64,000 bases of DNA from assembly GCF_009834535.1 (NCBI RefSeq), contig NC_045696.1:115570001-115634000 (forward strand). The letters are read 5' to 3'. Below are positions 1 through 14,282 of the stretch, in pieces. Both the position numbers and the translations under genes were made by a program. The stretch comes from Camelus ferus. Taxonomy: Eukaryota. Under the pieces are notes generated by a model that had not been told where the DNA came from, made no database searches, and saw only the letters and a list, made by a program, of their open reading frames with translations. Every line of letters begins with the position of its first letter. Positions within the stretch are counted from its first letter, which is position 1.

Positions 1-1619
1 CTTCCTTGACGCACAACGTGTGGAGACAACAGACTCTCAAACTCCCAGTCCAGGGCAGGGAGGTTGCACTAGTTACCTTGTTATCCCCTGGACCTAAGGT
101 GGCGAAATGAGCCAATAGGCAGTGCAGACAAGAAGAGACAGACACAGACACCTAGATTAATTCTTCCAGAAGATTATAATGAAAACACGGGCCAAGGACT
201 AGATTATCAATCCCTAGTTTTAAGGCTGGTAGTTACATTTGGAGCAGGAGACCTGTTTCAGAGCCCAAACATGTCTTCATTTGCTCTTCTGACAAATCCC
301 AGTTTTACATTCTGCTGAGCAGAAATCCAAGGAGAAACATTTTAATCCTTCTGCCTAGGTTTTTGGTCAAGCACTGTCAGTTTTTATCACTGGTTTTAAG
401 AGACCTACTCTGAAAAAACAAACTTTGAGAACTTCGTTGGAGAGTCTCACAGGGGATTCCAGGAAGTTGAGAGGGAGAAGGAGGAAAGATGCTTATGATG
501 AAGGGTGCTCTCTACAGAAAGAACACCGTTTTCAGGAAAGCTGTCTGCGTGAGTCAGAGGAACTGACAGCATCACAGGGCCAGCCAGAGGCCCCCCCAGG
601 CCTGGCGGTTGCTGGAGTGGTACCCAAGCACGCAGCCAGCTATTCTCACGGCCTTGCAGGTGGCTCAGCTTTCTCTGTCAGGTGAGCCTCGGAAACCAGG
701 CCTCCTATGACTGGAGTGTGGGGGTGAGTGGGGTCACAGAGAGTAAGGTCACAGGCTCAAGGGACATAAGAAATGCCTTTTTCATCAGTGGGAAGCCCGC
801 TGGGGCTTGAAAAACTGCAGCTTCATGCTGAGCATCCCAGGGTGCAACTCCTGGAGATGGGAAAGTTCTTTGGAAGTGAGGGGGCTTCAGAAAGGAGGTG
901 AAGAGGCCACGCCACAGACATGATCAGTCATGACAAATGACCTCCGTCCCAAGGGACTAAAGGACTTGGAAACCATCCACACACATCTCTGCGGTCACGT
1001 GAAGTTTACATAGACCGTCCCTGAACACATTTATTCAAAAGGTATTTACTGGGCTCTTACAGTGAGCCTGGTTCAACTAATGAAAGCTATGAACCATACA
1101 GAGTCGTCAAGGTCAAATTCAGACACAAAAAACTTTTTCCTGATGTTCCACTGAGAATCCCGGTCTATGCCTTCAGTTTACTCTTGAACTGTGGATAAAA
1201 TTTAAACTCAGCCAAATTTCAGACTTTGGATTATGTCTTTTTGCAGAAAATGTCACCATTGCTTCAATTACTCCAAGGAATGTTCAGACATCCACCCCAC
1301 CCCCCAGAAGTCAGTTACAATCTGGACAATTTAAATATATGATGTGAATTATTTTTTCAAGAAAAAAGAAAATTTTCTTGAATGTCTCTGGCCCTCCTCT
1401 CTTCTGACCCTGAACATGATTTTTCACAAAATGTTATTGAGTACCTAGTATATGCTTAGTTAAAATAGTGAAAACTGTTTAAAATACAATTGTCTAAACT
1501 CTATTCCAGGAACAAGACATTCTATTTTCCAAGCCCTTGATTTCTTCTTCTTTATATTCACAAAGAATTCCGCAGCTTAAGAAATGTTTCAGTACATCCT
1601 CATCGTCATATTGTCGTGT

Positions 1620-1780
1620 GTGAATACTTAGCATGTACCGGACCAGGTCCTAATTATTTACGCACATTACTTCCCTGAAGCCACACAACCACCCCTTCAA
1701 TCGTTACTACTATTATATTCCCAATTTTCAGATGAAAATTAAAAATTTGAGCCCCAGAAAAGGACACAAAGACAATGAGA
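1620..1780 (-). mobile_element. MIR SINE fragment
   Basis: tattatattcccaattttcagatgaaa MIR core, antisense. Confidence 0.6.
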
Positions 1781-4742
1781 CGTGGAGGTGGGGGAGCACA
1801 TCCAGCCCTCTTTTCAATCTCTTACAGTTTCCAGAAAATTACTGATTTATTTAGTCAGTAAACATACATCATGAGATTGATACTTGCTCACTTGGGGAGT
1901 TTTCCAGCCCTAAAGGGCTAACAGAAATCCCCTCTGGCTAAAGGTAAGCTTTGATTGACATAAAAACAAGTATTGAAGAAGAAAACCATTGCTTAACCAT
2001 TGTGGTTGCCTGCCACCGCTTTCCTGGGCTCACCCAGGACATACTATGTCAATCATCCATCTAACGCTTAGCAGTAGAGGATTACTCATTCATTTATTTA
2101 TACAGATAGCCCATATAATCAAATATACTTAAGCCGGCATCTTCTTGAGGTCAGAGACTATTCAGTTCCTGGCCACACAAACAATGGGTTCTCAAGTCAC
2201 TCACTCATGACTGTGTCTTCACAACCACCACCAAAATCTGCCCCTTCCTTTAATAAATATTGATTTCTTATTTTGTACTAGGAAATCTCCTATATCTTTG
2301 GGATTTTGTGGGTTAAAAAAAAAAAAAGACAACATTCCTATTCAAGAAGAAGAGAATTCCAAGCAAGGGGATCAACAAAGCCAAAGTTAGGAATAAGATG
2401 CTGGATGTGGAACAAAACAAAACAGAACGGAAGAGGGCGTGGAAGCAGGGAAATCAATTAGGAGGCAGCTGCAGATATTAGAGAAACATTTGCTGTCTTC
2501 AACGAAGGCAGGAGAGATGGTGAGATTTGAGCATAATTTTCAGATCTGTCATCCATGTGACTCGTTGATAACGTGCGTGTAAAGGTAGCTTCCAGGTTTT
2601 TAGCAGTTAGCCAGAAGCTGTTGTCATTTGATAACAGGAGGAGCTGCCTTCCTGGGGAGTGGAGGAGACCAACAGTTCTCTGCAGTAGGATCATCGTAGC
2701 ATGAGACGCCTATTATATTAGAAATGTCGTGCAGGCTGTTGTCGTGTATATAATAAATCTGGTACCTAACACTGAAGTAACAAACATGAATTAGCACAAT
2801 CTCTTATCCCAGGTACCCCACCATCTAATGTGCTTTGTTGGAAACGATTTTGGCTGCTGGAAACAGAGCTCTTCTTTCTTTCTTGGCTAGTCAGTTATCT
2901 TCACGAGGGCAGGGATATTATTTTCTCCATCTCCAAAATTCCATTCTTTAACATGTGGTAGGTGCTCATTATATTTTTGATAAGTTGGGCTGAACATAAC
3001 CAGTCCAAGCAGTGAACCACTAGACCAATACATCAATAAATGTATGGACTGAACAAAGATAACACAAAGTATGTCTTCTTCTTTCCAGGGGCACAAACTT
3101 TAGAGGAGGCTCATAATACGTTCTTGAACACTAAAATTTAAGAAAGCATATACTATGTTCCAAAACATGCATAGATAAAAGACTTAGAGGGTATGAGATA
3201 CTCTTTAGATATCTGAAGGTTGGGGTGGTCAGGGAAAGTGTCAAGGAGGCAAATATCCAGGACTGAGCCTTGGAAGGTAGGTAGGATTCAGAAGATTGAT
3301 GGTGAGTTGCATGATAACGTGTAACCTATCACTTTTTTTATAAACTTAGCCAGTAAAGATATCAATTTGAACCAAATGATTGAACTTTATTGAGCAAGGC
3401 TTTAAATGTTGGATAAACACTTGAATTTATCATGTACGAAAACCATTGAAATGGGGACTCTCTTGGGTTTACGCAATTGGAACTTAGAGTCCACCAACTC
3501 TCCATCTCAACTTGTGTAGAAGGAAATTCTAATGATGCAACAGTGAAGCAGATGACTGCTAACAAGCCAGGATTTAAGAAGCCATGGGAACATCACCCTT
3601 GCTCTCAAAGAACTATTCGGATGACTTCTATCACCAGCCTCATTGCAAGAAAGGCCACCATTGAAGGACCATTCCTTGAAGTCCAGACAGCTCATTTGTT
3701 TTCCATGCAAAGTCTACATTCTCATGCATTTGGTTCTAATGCTTTAAGGGACATGGGTTGATGGTTTTAAAATCTCCAACATAAGATAAATAAGTGGGGC
3801 TCCCCAAATTGAGAACGATGATGGAAGAGATGGCAAAAGAACTTGCAAGCCACATTTGACTCTGGGATAAACTTCCTGCTCTTTCCTGAGTTTTATAAAC
3901 ACATTCTCTCACAATCAGAGAAGAAATCTCTGTAAAGAACACCACAGGACTATCCATATAATGTCCGTGTGATATTTTAGGAAGAATATACTTCTATCAT
4001 TCCATTTGTTTTTAAAACATTTGGGAAAAGACTGAGAAACAAAGAACTGATTCCTTCCTGCACTGGACAGAAGCCTAGGTGTCCCCAGACAGTGGCTCTC
4101 CATATCAGAATGCAGGGTACTCTTCTTTTTCCTGGACCGAGACTTCTCATATCCATTTTCCTGTCACTACCTGCCTTTTGCTTCCACATCTCCTCCCTAG
4201 AGTCTGCTGGCATAATTTTTTAAAAATATTCACTAAGGGAACTGCTGACTTTGGTCTTCACACCTGAAATGTCAGAAGTAAAGCAAGAGAGCTTTTGAAT
4301 ATGAAACCGGAGGCATATGATGAATGGAGTGCAAGCCACCTCTTGTCCCCTAGAGCCATCCATTGCAAATGTCCTGCAGTTGCCACGCTATTGATCAAGT
4401 TCTCCTGCTTCTGTCCGGATGTCAAAATGTCTAGCTGGTTAACGGAGAGCTCACTCGAAAAGGATGAAAATTGGGGGCACTAAGGGGATTTCAATAGAGA
4501 CTTCCCTCTAATGAGGATTTTGGAAGAAGTGTCAATTTTTGATCGTTATTTTTCTTGAGGCTTGGAACATTCATGGAATAGTCTAGCGACACTAGGTTAC
4601 TTTACATGAATGCTTACCACCTTCGGAAAACTAATACGAGTACTTCTTCCATTCTGTTCGTCAAAAATTTCAAGCATAGGTTATGTGAGTTCGCGTTATT
4701 TGGGACTTGTGGTGTAAGCACCTGACAGCTGGGTTTTTTCAT

Positions 4743-5204
4743 TGTAATGCAAGGGCCTGACTTGAGCTTTTGATTGTTAAAGCATCCTCTTCAAAGATGG
4801 CTATCTCTGATAAACATATTACCAGGCATAGGACTAGATAAAGAACCAGGCCATGCTCCCCTCTGCTGACGTTTCCTTTGTTTTAGAGGTCTCTGGTGGA
4901 CTTAGATAACTGACCATTTGTCTGCTCATTTTCCCCTTCCCATGATTTAATTCCTGCTCTTATGTTTTAAATTTACCAACAGAGTGAACTCATGAAACTC
5001 TAGGTTCCTACCCTTGATTGCAATAAAAGCAGAACCTCAGGTCTACACTCTGTTTACCCATCACCTTGCTGTGTGGCCCCAGATGTGCCATGTATTCTCC
5101 AGGACTTGTGAGGAATAAATCTTTTTTTCAAAGTTTCCTGATGGTTATTGCTGAGGATGTCTTGTGATTACAGTAAGAACCACAAAGGCCAGTCAAACTA
5201 CAAC
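4743..5204 (+). mobile_element. Old LTR (TG...CA) with short adjacent internal sequence
   Basis: tgtaatg start, AATAAA near 5113, ends actacaaca followed by ttggttc. Confidence 0.6.
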
Positions 5205-5389
5205 ATTGGTTCTGAAAGGGGAGATGCCCGTGGTAGGCCAGCTGCAGACCCATGTGAGTGACCCCAGGCATTTCTGGCCAATAGCATCTCTATCAATAAG
5301 CTGAAGCCAGCAGAAACCAGGAACGTAAGTCCATTATTTTGCCCTAATACCCTGAAATTAACCCTGATTATTTATCCTACTGGATTTTG

Positions 5390-5515
5390 AGTGTCTGTTC
5401 ATTTATGTTTGTATCTTTCACTAGACTAGAAACTCCATGAGGAGAGGGGCTGAGTTTTGCTTGCTTACCAGTAATACCTAGCAACAAATATAGTCACTAA
5501 CATTTATTCAAATGA
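5390..5515 (+). mobile_element. L2 3' end
   Basis: ctagactagaaactccatgaggagaggggc...catttattcaaatg. Confidence 0.7.
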
Positions 5516-5789
5516 GAGTATTTATTGCTGGATGCATAAAAGAATGAATGCCACCAAAACCACAAAGGTGTATAAGGTCCCATGCCTGTTCCAACAGAGC
5601 ATATAGCCCAGAAGGACAGATGGCCACTCAAAATATATCCTGACACTTTAATAGAGGCACTTGCCCTCTTTTCCTTTTTTTTTTTGCACTTTGAATTCAA
5701 CTAAGAAATCTTTGTGCAACTATATGAATCTCCTTAGACAGCAGTCCTTCTTGGTTTTCAATTTCTATTCTAGCTTAACAGTTACCTTC

Positions 5790-6970
5790 TTTTGAGTGAC
5801 ATCAGCAAGATGGCAGAATAAGCCCTCATTTCCCCAAAGAGGCACCAAGTTAACAGTAAAATACAGACCAAATTCCTTTTATGAGAAATCTAGAAACCAG
5901 TTAAGAGGTTGTAGCACCCCAGGTGAGCACAAAGCCAAGAAGAATGGCATCAAAGTCGGCAGGAAAGTTTATTGCACTTGCCTACCCTAGTCTCTCCCCT
6001 TCTCTGGCACATCATGGGTGATTAGATAAAACTCCTAACTTCTAGCTTCTCCCTTGGAAGGGAAAGAAAAGAATGGTATATGCACCTAACATTCTGACTT
6101 TTCAAGGGACTGGTTTCCATCTCACCTAATCTGGAGCACTAAAGGGAATGATGCTATATTCTGGATGCCAGGTTGTGAGCCTCTGAGAACAAACGCAAAC
6201 ATTGTGGCTTTTTAGACAACCAGAGAGACTGCAATACCATTGACAGACATGGGGTGGAAGATGAGATTACAGGCTCTTAAGATGAAACAGAGGCAAATTG
6301 CTTTAACACAGAAAGTATATATACAGGGCAAGAGAAGATAAATCTCCAGAAAAGATTTGAAAGGTCCCAAGAATCTCTAGCTGGACTGATTGGTAAAGAT
6401 CTTCTGTATGAAGTCAGACCCTAAAGATTGGGAGAAATGGCTATTTATTCAAACGTCCAAATCTCACTTAAAGATCACAAGGCATACGAAGAAACACAGG
6501 CACATGGTCCAATCAAGGGAACAAACTAAATCTCCAGAAACTGACCTTAAGGAGATGAAGATCTATGAATTACCTGGCAAAGAATTCAAAATAACTGTCT
6601 TAAAGACAGTCAATGAACAAAAAGAACAGAGATAGCCAACTAAACAAAATCAAGACAACTATACATGAACAAAATAATATCAAAAATAGATAGAAACTAT
6701 AAAAAAGAAGAGCTAAGCAGAAATTCTGGAGTTGAAGAATATAAAAATAGAGTTGAAAAATTCACTAGAGAAGTTCAACAGAACATTTAATTAAGTTGAT
6801 GAAAGAATTTAAAAGCAGGTCATTTAAAATTATTGAATCAAAAGATAGAAAAGAATAAATTAAAGTGAAAAGAGCCTAAGGGACTTATGAGACACACCGA
6901 AACAGATAGATATACTCATTAAGGGAGTGCCGGAAGGGGAAGAGAGAGATAAAGGGCCAGAGAGTACATT

Positions 6971-7001
<31 letters not shown>

Positions 7002-8840
7002 TAAAAATTTCCCCAAAATGAAGGAGAGAATGGAAGTACAAATTCAAGAAACTCAAAAAACTTCATAGAGGCCCATTCTGAGACATAATCAAACTGTCAA
7101 CAGTCACAGACAAAAAGACAATCTAGAAAATAGCAAGAGAAAAATGACTTCTCATGTATATGGAAACTCCATAAGACTATCAGTGATTTTCAACAGAAAC
7201 CATGTAGGTTAAAAGGGAGTTGAAAGATATATTCAAAGCACTGGAAGAAAAAACAAACAAACAAACAAACAAATACTTTACCAACCAAGACTACTACAAC
7301 AAGCAAACTCTTCTTCAAAAATGAGCAAGAAATTAAGACTTTCTCAGATAAACAAAAGCTGAGGGATTTCATCTTCACTGGACTTGTTCTACCAAAAATA
7401 CTAAAGGAAGTCCTTCAAGTTGAAAAGAAAGGATACTAGCCAGGAACATAAACACACATAAAATATAAAGTTACCTGATGAAGGATAAATATATAGACAA
7501 ATAGAGAATCCTGTAACATTGTAATGTTGGTGTGTAATCATGCTTAATTCTTCAATAGAATTTTAAAGAAAAGGATAAAAATAACAATAAAACTATATTA
7601 ATTAATCCACAATATAAAAAGATGTAACTTCTGACATCAATAACATCTAGCAGAAATGTAAAAGTGTAGAGTGTGTGTATGCAATCGTAGTTAAGTTGTG
7701 AACAGTTTAAAATAGATTGCTATAACTTTAAAATATTTTATGGAAGCCACAAAGAAAAGCCCTGTTGAAGATACACAAAAGAAAATAAGAAAGAAGTTAA
7801 AACATACCATTACAAAAAAAAAATTTTTTTAAAGAAACTAGTAAGAGAAGAAAAGGACAAAATAGCTATAATTAAAGACAGAGAAAATGATTATAACAAA
7901 ATGGCAATAGAAATTCCTTTCCTATCAACAATTACTTTAAATATAAGTGGATTAAGTTCCCCAATTAAAAGACATAGATTGGCTGACTAGATAAAATAAC
8001 AAGACCTATCTATATGCTATCTACAAGAGATTCACTTTAGATCGAAGAACCAGGAATATCACTATATGAATGAGAAAATGCAATCAATAGATGTTAACAT
8101 TAATGCAAATCAGCTGTTAGAATTATCTGACAAGGATTTTTAAAAAGTCATAAATTGCTTTAACAATCAATTACAAATTATCTTGAAACAAATGAAAAAC
8201 AGAAAATCTCAAAGAAAGAAATCATAAAAAAAAAAACCAAATAGAAATTATAAAGCTAAAACATGCAATCACACAAATAAAAACTCATTAGATGAAGATG
8301 ATAGATGATAGAATCAGTGAACTTGAGGACAGATCACAGAACTTAACCAATCTGAACAACGGAGTGACTGAAAAAATAAATGAATGGAACCTCAAGGATC
8401 CTGAGACAACAAAAGCATTACGTTTTCTTATCATTGAATGTTCCCAGGAGAGGTGAGAGTCTGTATAATGTTGTCAAAGAAATAATGGCAGTAAATTCCT
8501 TAAATTTGGCAGAAGACATAAACCTACAGGTTCAAACAGTAGAATCTAATTGACATTGACATATAGTCGAATAACCCATCCCTCAACAGCAGAATATAGT
8601 GCATATATTAAGTGACTACGGGCTATTCAACAAGGTAAACTATGTTCTGAGCCAGAAAGTAGTCCTCAAATTTAAATTAATTGAAATCATACAGAGTGTG
8701 TTTTCTGACCAAAAGAGCATTTAATCAGAAATCAGTAAGAGAAAGACTAGAAGAATTATAGCCACATGGGAATTAAAAAACAAAACAGAACACAGAACAC
8801 ATCCAATTAATCTATGAGGCAAGAAAGAAGTCTCAAACCC
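5790..8840 (+). mobile_element. Old L1 (5' UTR, ORF1, start of ORF2 endonuclease) plus further L1 fragments
   Basis: caagatggcagaata 5' end; A-rich ORF1 remnant; ORF2 start at ~7901 reads ITLNISGLSSPIKRHRL...CYLQEIHF. Confidence 0.92.
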
Positions 8841-10673
8841 TCATCTCAAGGTCAAATTACATTTAGTTCTCAGCATGTGGACATAGACACAGAGCAAGTT
8901 GCAGACTGAAAGATGGACTCTTCTCCTGGGGATGTGCCAGCTAGAGTTACATGCCTCCAGATGGGGAAAAGACGAACTAGGAGCTCTATCGTTTATTTGA
9001 ATGTCCATTATAAAAAGGTACGATACTAGATGAACTCCAAGCAGCATCTCTCCTCACTACTGGTTAGCTAAGTCTAAATTTGCCTTATTTTATCGTTTCA
9101 GGAGACTTCATAAGTTCTGTGATTAATAATAAAGGTTTTATTGTCCTTATTTGCCAAGTTAAGACATTGAGGCAAGTTGCCAACAAATAGCCCTTTTCAA
9201 GTCACCCCAAATTAGACTTTAGATCAGAATACATTTTAACTGAATTCCCAGGCTAAGTAAATTTTTCTCAGACCTAAGGATAGAAGGAACTCTTTTAAGG
9301 AGAGAAGTTCTCAAGGACCTTTAAAAACATATCCTAAAGGACCCACTAACCATAGCTTGAGGGATATTTGACTTGAACAGAGAATGTCTAATTCTATGAA
9401 CGTGTCTTTCAGTTGCAAATCATAACTGCAAAGAAAATGTATCTTTCTAAGTGGTAAGATATTTCTAAAGAATATGATACTCCTCATAAGTTAAGATGAA
9501 TTTATATTTTAATTAAATTAAAATACAAAATTTGAAAACTGTCCAAGTATTTTCCAGACCCTGGTTCTACATACTCTTCTGTTTAAAAAATTAGTTAGAA
9601 ATATAAATAAATAAATAAGTATTTATTTATTTATTTATAAGAAATATTATATATATATGTGTGTGTGTGTGTATATATACATCCATATATATATATAAAA
9701 AAATAGCTAGAAAACATTGTCAGCAATCCCCAAATTGCACCTACATTTTTTTGGAGTGATTATCATAGAGAATCAGAGAATATACCCCTATAAGAAGGCT
9801 ATATAAAAAAAAGACAAGCATACTTTAAGGCAACTGACTGTATTTCCCCACAGTCCTTCTTTACGCAGGTGAATTGGAAGTGTTCTGATTGCTTTCAGAT
9901 TGTGAGAGGGTAGGCTAGCTGTCAAATTCTAGAACTGCTACTTATTTTTCTAATTACTTCCTAACTGGGGATGCTATTATGTTTCTCCTTAAAATGCAAA
10001 GAAGTCTGTTGCAGCTGTAAAAGATCTGTGTTCACCATTCAAAACCTTTCTGGCCTGAAAGGATGATAAACTCTTTCGCACTTTCCCCCGAAGAGGGTGA
10101 TTGGTTTCCTGTTGGTTAGTCTATTGCGCTGTTGGTAAATCCTAGGTTTTTATTTTATGCTCATAAGTCAAAGAAGGAGGAATTTGCTTCTGGTTCAATC
10201 AGTCTTTCTCCTGGAAGGTAGAAGGGGGCCCCGGAGAGCTGTTAATCCGACCCACTGGAGTAGTGTATGGCCAAGCGGAAGCAGGCTACTAAAACAATAG
10301 CCACGAGTGGTGGGACTTGGTGATGTATAGACTCCACCTGCTGTGGAACCAAAGCCTATCGTAAAGTTTAAAGTTTATAAAACCCAGTCTTAAAATATTT
10401 ATGTGGCTCTGTAGGTGAATTGGGTCTGTTTTTCAACTCTGTATGCAATCATGCTGTACAAAAAGCACTGACCTTTATAAAGCAAAACAGAGAGCTTCTC
10501 CTAAGCTGTTTGTGAATTTAATGTTCTACTCAAATGGGGGTTTTGTGTCTTGGGAAAAGGTGAGAGAGAGTAGGGGAATGGTGAACAAGAGGTCACTCCC
10601 TTAATAAAGGGTAATGCTCCTTTTGCATTTCTTTAAAATATTGACTATCCTCTAAAGTAGTACTCCCTGATGG

Positions 10674-10864
10674 AAAACATTTCCATCATCACAGAAAGTT
10701 CTATCTGTACTGCTCAATATGGTAGCCACTAGCCACATGTGGCTACTGGGCACCTGAAATGTGATGAGTGTAATTAAGAAACTGTTAAATTTTATTAAAT
10801 TTGAATTCATCGAAATTTAAGTAATATGGCCAGTAGAGACCATATTGAACAGCACAGTTTCTAG
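10674..10864. mobile_element. MER3-like hAT-Charlie MITE
   Basis: aatatggtagccactagccacatgtggcta palindromic core. Confidence 0.8.
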
Positions 10865-11039
10865 CATTAATTACAATGTTTGAGTTTATAGAATTCTTTG
10901 TAAATGTGTTGAAAACTATATAGACTCCTACCTAGAAAAATGTTTAACACAAACACACTTTCCACGTGGTCCCAGATCATCTGAGTCACACCGATGGATC
11001 TGTAGGTGTTTGTGCACCCTGAGGACTTAATATTCTGGA

Positions 11040-11190
11040 GTGAGACACACAGGGTTTGAATTATGGTCACAACAAGTTGTGGGAATCAAATTAGATAATG
11101 TTCTTAAAATGCGTTCCTTCATCTTGGAAAATGAGCCTATTAATAATACCTGCTTCACAGACTTGTTGTGAGGATTAAATGAAAACATTT
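11040..11190 (+). mobile_element. MIR
   Basis: ccttcatcttggaaaatgag...gttgtgaggattaaatga. Confidence 0.75.
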
Positions 11191-11833
11191 ATCATCACTC
11201 TTGGGTTAATGGTTGAGTCTACTGAGAGAAATTATAGAACCATTTAATGTCCTAACTAGAAGGGACTTTATGAATCTAGGCTTGTATCTTTTCAAGCTCT
11301 GTCAGGAGAATGGAGTCATGTAAGTATTCTGGGAACAGGGTGTATAAGACAGGAATTAGACATTACATACATATGAGAGGAGATGAAGAAAGGAAGGTCT
11401 AGAAAGGAGGAGAGGGAAGATCTGAAGAATAGCTACTAACTGTCTTAGCTTGAGCCGTCTTTGCCCTGGGGTACCTGGACAAGTCAGAGCTTGCAGGAAA
11501 ATTCTAGAAGCAAAGTACCCCTGGACATCTAATCGGGCCATGAAGGGAGAACTATAGTAACTACAGTAATTGCCTCTTTTGAAGAAGCTGGTGTCTCCCT
11601 GGGCTTGTGCCCAGTGGTAAGCATGGGGTCACGAGTGGCTGACAGGACCAGCAACTGGGGAGACAAGATGGACTCAGACTGTGAGGAGAAGCCAAACTGG
11701 AGTTCACTGGACACTTCTGGTCTGCTGTCCTATTGTCTGATGGCCAAGTTCCTTCAAAGAGTGCTGGCCCTGGCTTCATTTCTACCTTCCAGTCTTACAC
11801 AAGTTCCTTTCTTGGTCAACTCTATTCTGAAAC

Positions 11834-12479
11834 TGTTGCTGGTGAATAGGTTCTAGTCTCGTTGCAGAAAGAATTCAGAGATGAGACACGGATGTTAAGA
11901 AAGTCAAGTGAGGATTTATTAAGGGATGGATGGGACACTCTCAAGGGGAGAGCAGGCAGGCTCAGGTGAGTGGCTGCCCTGAGTTTCTTTAGCAAGTTGG
12001 TTACATAGAGTGTAAAAATGAATGGGCAGAATATTCACTGGGGAGGGAAGGGTTTGGGGTTATATTCCCTGATTTTCATCCCAACTCCACCTTCCTGAAG
12101 GGAGAAGGGATTTTTGTCCTTATTTAGTCTGGATCGGAAGTGTCATGGCCTCGGTGCATGCTGGGTACTTCTCATCTGCAAGGCTAATTTTATTGTAATG
12201 AGGGCATAATGAGCAAAAGGTTACATTTGGACACTGGAGATTCCTGCCTTTTCTCACCTTTGTTTGTCCTGCCTCCAGGACACTTGTCACCCCAAAGTAT
12301 GCGATTTCTTATCAGCCCAGAGGTTCCTGCTTTTCTTTCTCTGCCCAGGGACCCCTGTTGTTTACATGATGTATGTTTTCCTGCATTTGGCTGGTGCCCC
12401 TCCTCTTTTGCCCTATTCCTGCCATTTGGCCTGTGTCCCCCTTTCTCTGCTCATATCTAGCTATCTGCCTGCTCTAACA
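11834..12479 (-). mobile_element. Solo ERV1-type LTR
   Basis: TGTT...AACA termini, 4-bp TSD AAAC, tttatt antisense polyA signal; same family as 53585-54096. Confidence 0.88.
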
Positions 12480-12483
12480 AAAC

Positions 12484-12792
12484 CACACAGGGAAAGGTAT
12501 TCTGGTGTGGACAAAAAAAAAATGTTGCCTGCCATCAAGACGAGGACCACAGCAGCTGCACTGACCCTGACGGAATACCCTGAGGGGAATTCAGGATGAA
12601 GAAATCTCGGATACAGGTCCTAGACTGTTAGCAAGGCTGATCAAAGGAATACTTTTCATGAGCCCAGACTCTTATCTTCCCACACAGAGAAAGGCATTAA
12701 AAATCTTCAACTTGAGATGTCTGCTTTTTTTTTTTTTTGATCAGTAATTTTGATATTGGACTGCATTTTTTTTTGCAGCAAAAACTCCTATA
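12484..12792 (+). mobile_element. ERV1-type LTR fragment adjacent to, and probably interrupted by, the preceding LTR
   Basis: ccctgaggggaattcaggatg...gcagcaaaaactcctata resembles cetartiodactyl LTRs. Confidence 0.55.
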
Positions 12793-13891
12793 GTGTTAGC
12801 TAGGTTTATAAAACACATTCAAGCACATGGTCCTTATTTCAGAGATGATTTTGATTTGATTATTTATAAACGATAATGTTTTAAAAATCATTTATGCATG
12901 GTTTTAGAAATAGACACATTGAATCTATCCTTATTTTATAAAATGATTTTCCGAATGCTCTATGATCGGCACAAGGATGTCTGATAGGAGGTCATGATGA
13001 AAACACAGGCGTCCTTGGTCCTCAGTATGTAGCAGGCTCTTTCTGCCAGTACACAGGCTGGAGAACATGCCCTGAAGCAATGCTATTGCTCTTACTCTTA
13101 TGCTGATGAGAGAGGATAAAGGTCTAAATAAGTAACTGTCTGAGGACAGCTCACATTTCCATGCCAAGACGGAGACTCAGGTGGAACCAGCGGAAGATCC
13201 CTGGAGTGCACAGAAAACTGCTCCAGGCGAAATTATTCACAGGGCTTTCTGTGTCTCTGTGGATGATTAGCCTTTGGCTGAAATTCAGGTCTATCTTTAT
13301 AATAAACAAAAGATGGTATTACCATCTTAGCAAGAAAGACTGAAGCAATGTATTGTACACACATTTACCCACAGTGCCACCTTAAAAAGATAAGTCAACC
13401 TTTATTCTTTTTTGTGACAAACTTGTAGAAATAATGGTGTGTAAGCAAATGAAATGCAAGGGAATTATTTATGTAATGGAGATAGTTTTTCTCATAAATT
13501 GTCACATTATAAATAGTTGCCGACCTGTTGGATTTTCTTAAGGCTGTGCTCTCTGCTTTTATCAACTTTATATATGATTTATGAAGGCAGATGCATCAGA
13601 TTGAAAAACGATAAAGAAAATGTGACTTGCCTAAAAACAGAATCCAGAGATAAGCTTGTGAGTTTTAGGACATATTGAATCAGAATACAGAATTTTATTG
13701 TAATGATGATATAAAATTGATCTCTTTTCCCTTCCAAAAACTGGTGTGTAAAATACTGTATACTTAAATTAATCACAAAACCTTTGTGAGGTTGATATTA
13801 TCATACCCATTTTGCAGAGGAGATAATTGAGACTCAAGAAAACTCAGCAACTCGTTCACCTTGGTATCCAAACTAGTGGTGAAGATGGATG

Positions 13892-14282
13892 TGTTGACCA
13901 AGAAATGCAGAAGGCTGCAAATGAGAAAAAGAGTTTATTTGGGGTCTTAAGAATTACAATTCAGGAAGCACTGATTCAAGTAGCAACTCAAATGTGCTCC
14001 AAATGTTTGTAAAGGCAAGAGACAAAGACATTCCAGAGAAGTTGTAGAGGTTATCTTTATAGAACTACGATTGGTGCCAGTAGGCATTCAGTCACTTGAC
14101 AGCAGCAGATTGGTTGCTTAGCTGTGGTCTCTGGGGAGTAAAGAAAACCAGTTTCAGGTGGTTTTAGGATGGCCGGGTCAAAAGTTTACAACCTGTGTAA
14201 GCTCTGCTCCCTTAATGTCCTTCTGGCTGTGTTTTAGATTTCTTTGACATAAGTGACTCCATTTTGTTGTTCATGGTCCGCA
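13892..14282 (-). mobile_element. 3' LTR of class I ERV
   Basis: TG...CA termini, antisense polyA signal, adjacent polypurine tract (aagggaaa on the minus strand) at 14283. Confidence 0.8.

Noticed and set aside
425..760. Plus-strand ORF ending at CAG|GTGAGC
   Set aside because: Isolated donor, non-ATG start, and no supporting plus-strand exon chain found.
10090..10330. CCAAT/ETS-like motifs as a promoter
   Set aside because: Short motifs without CpG enrichment; not distinguishable from chance.
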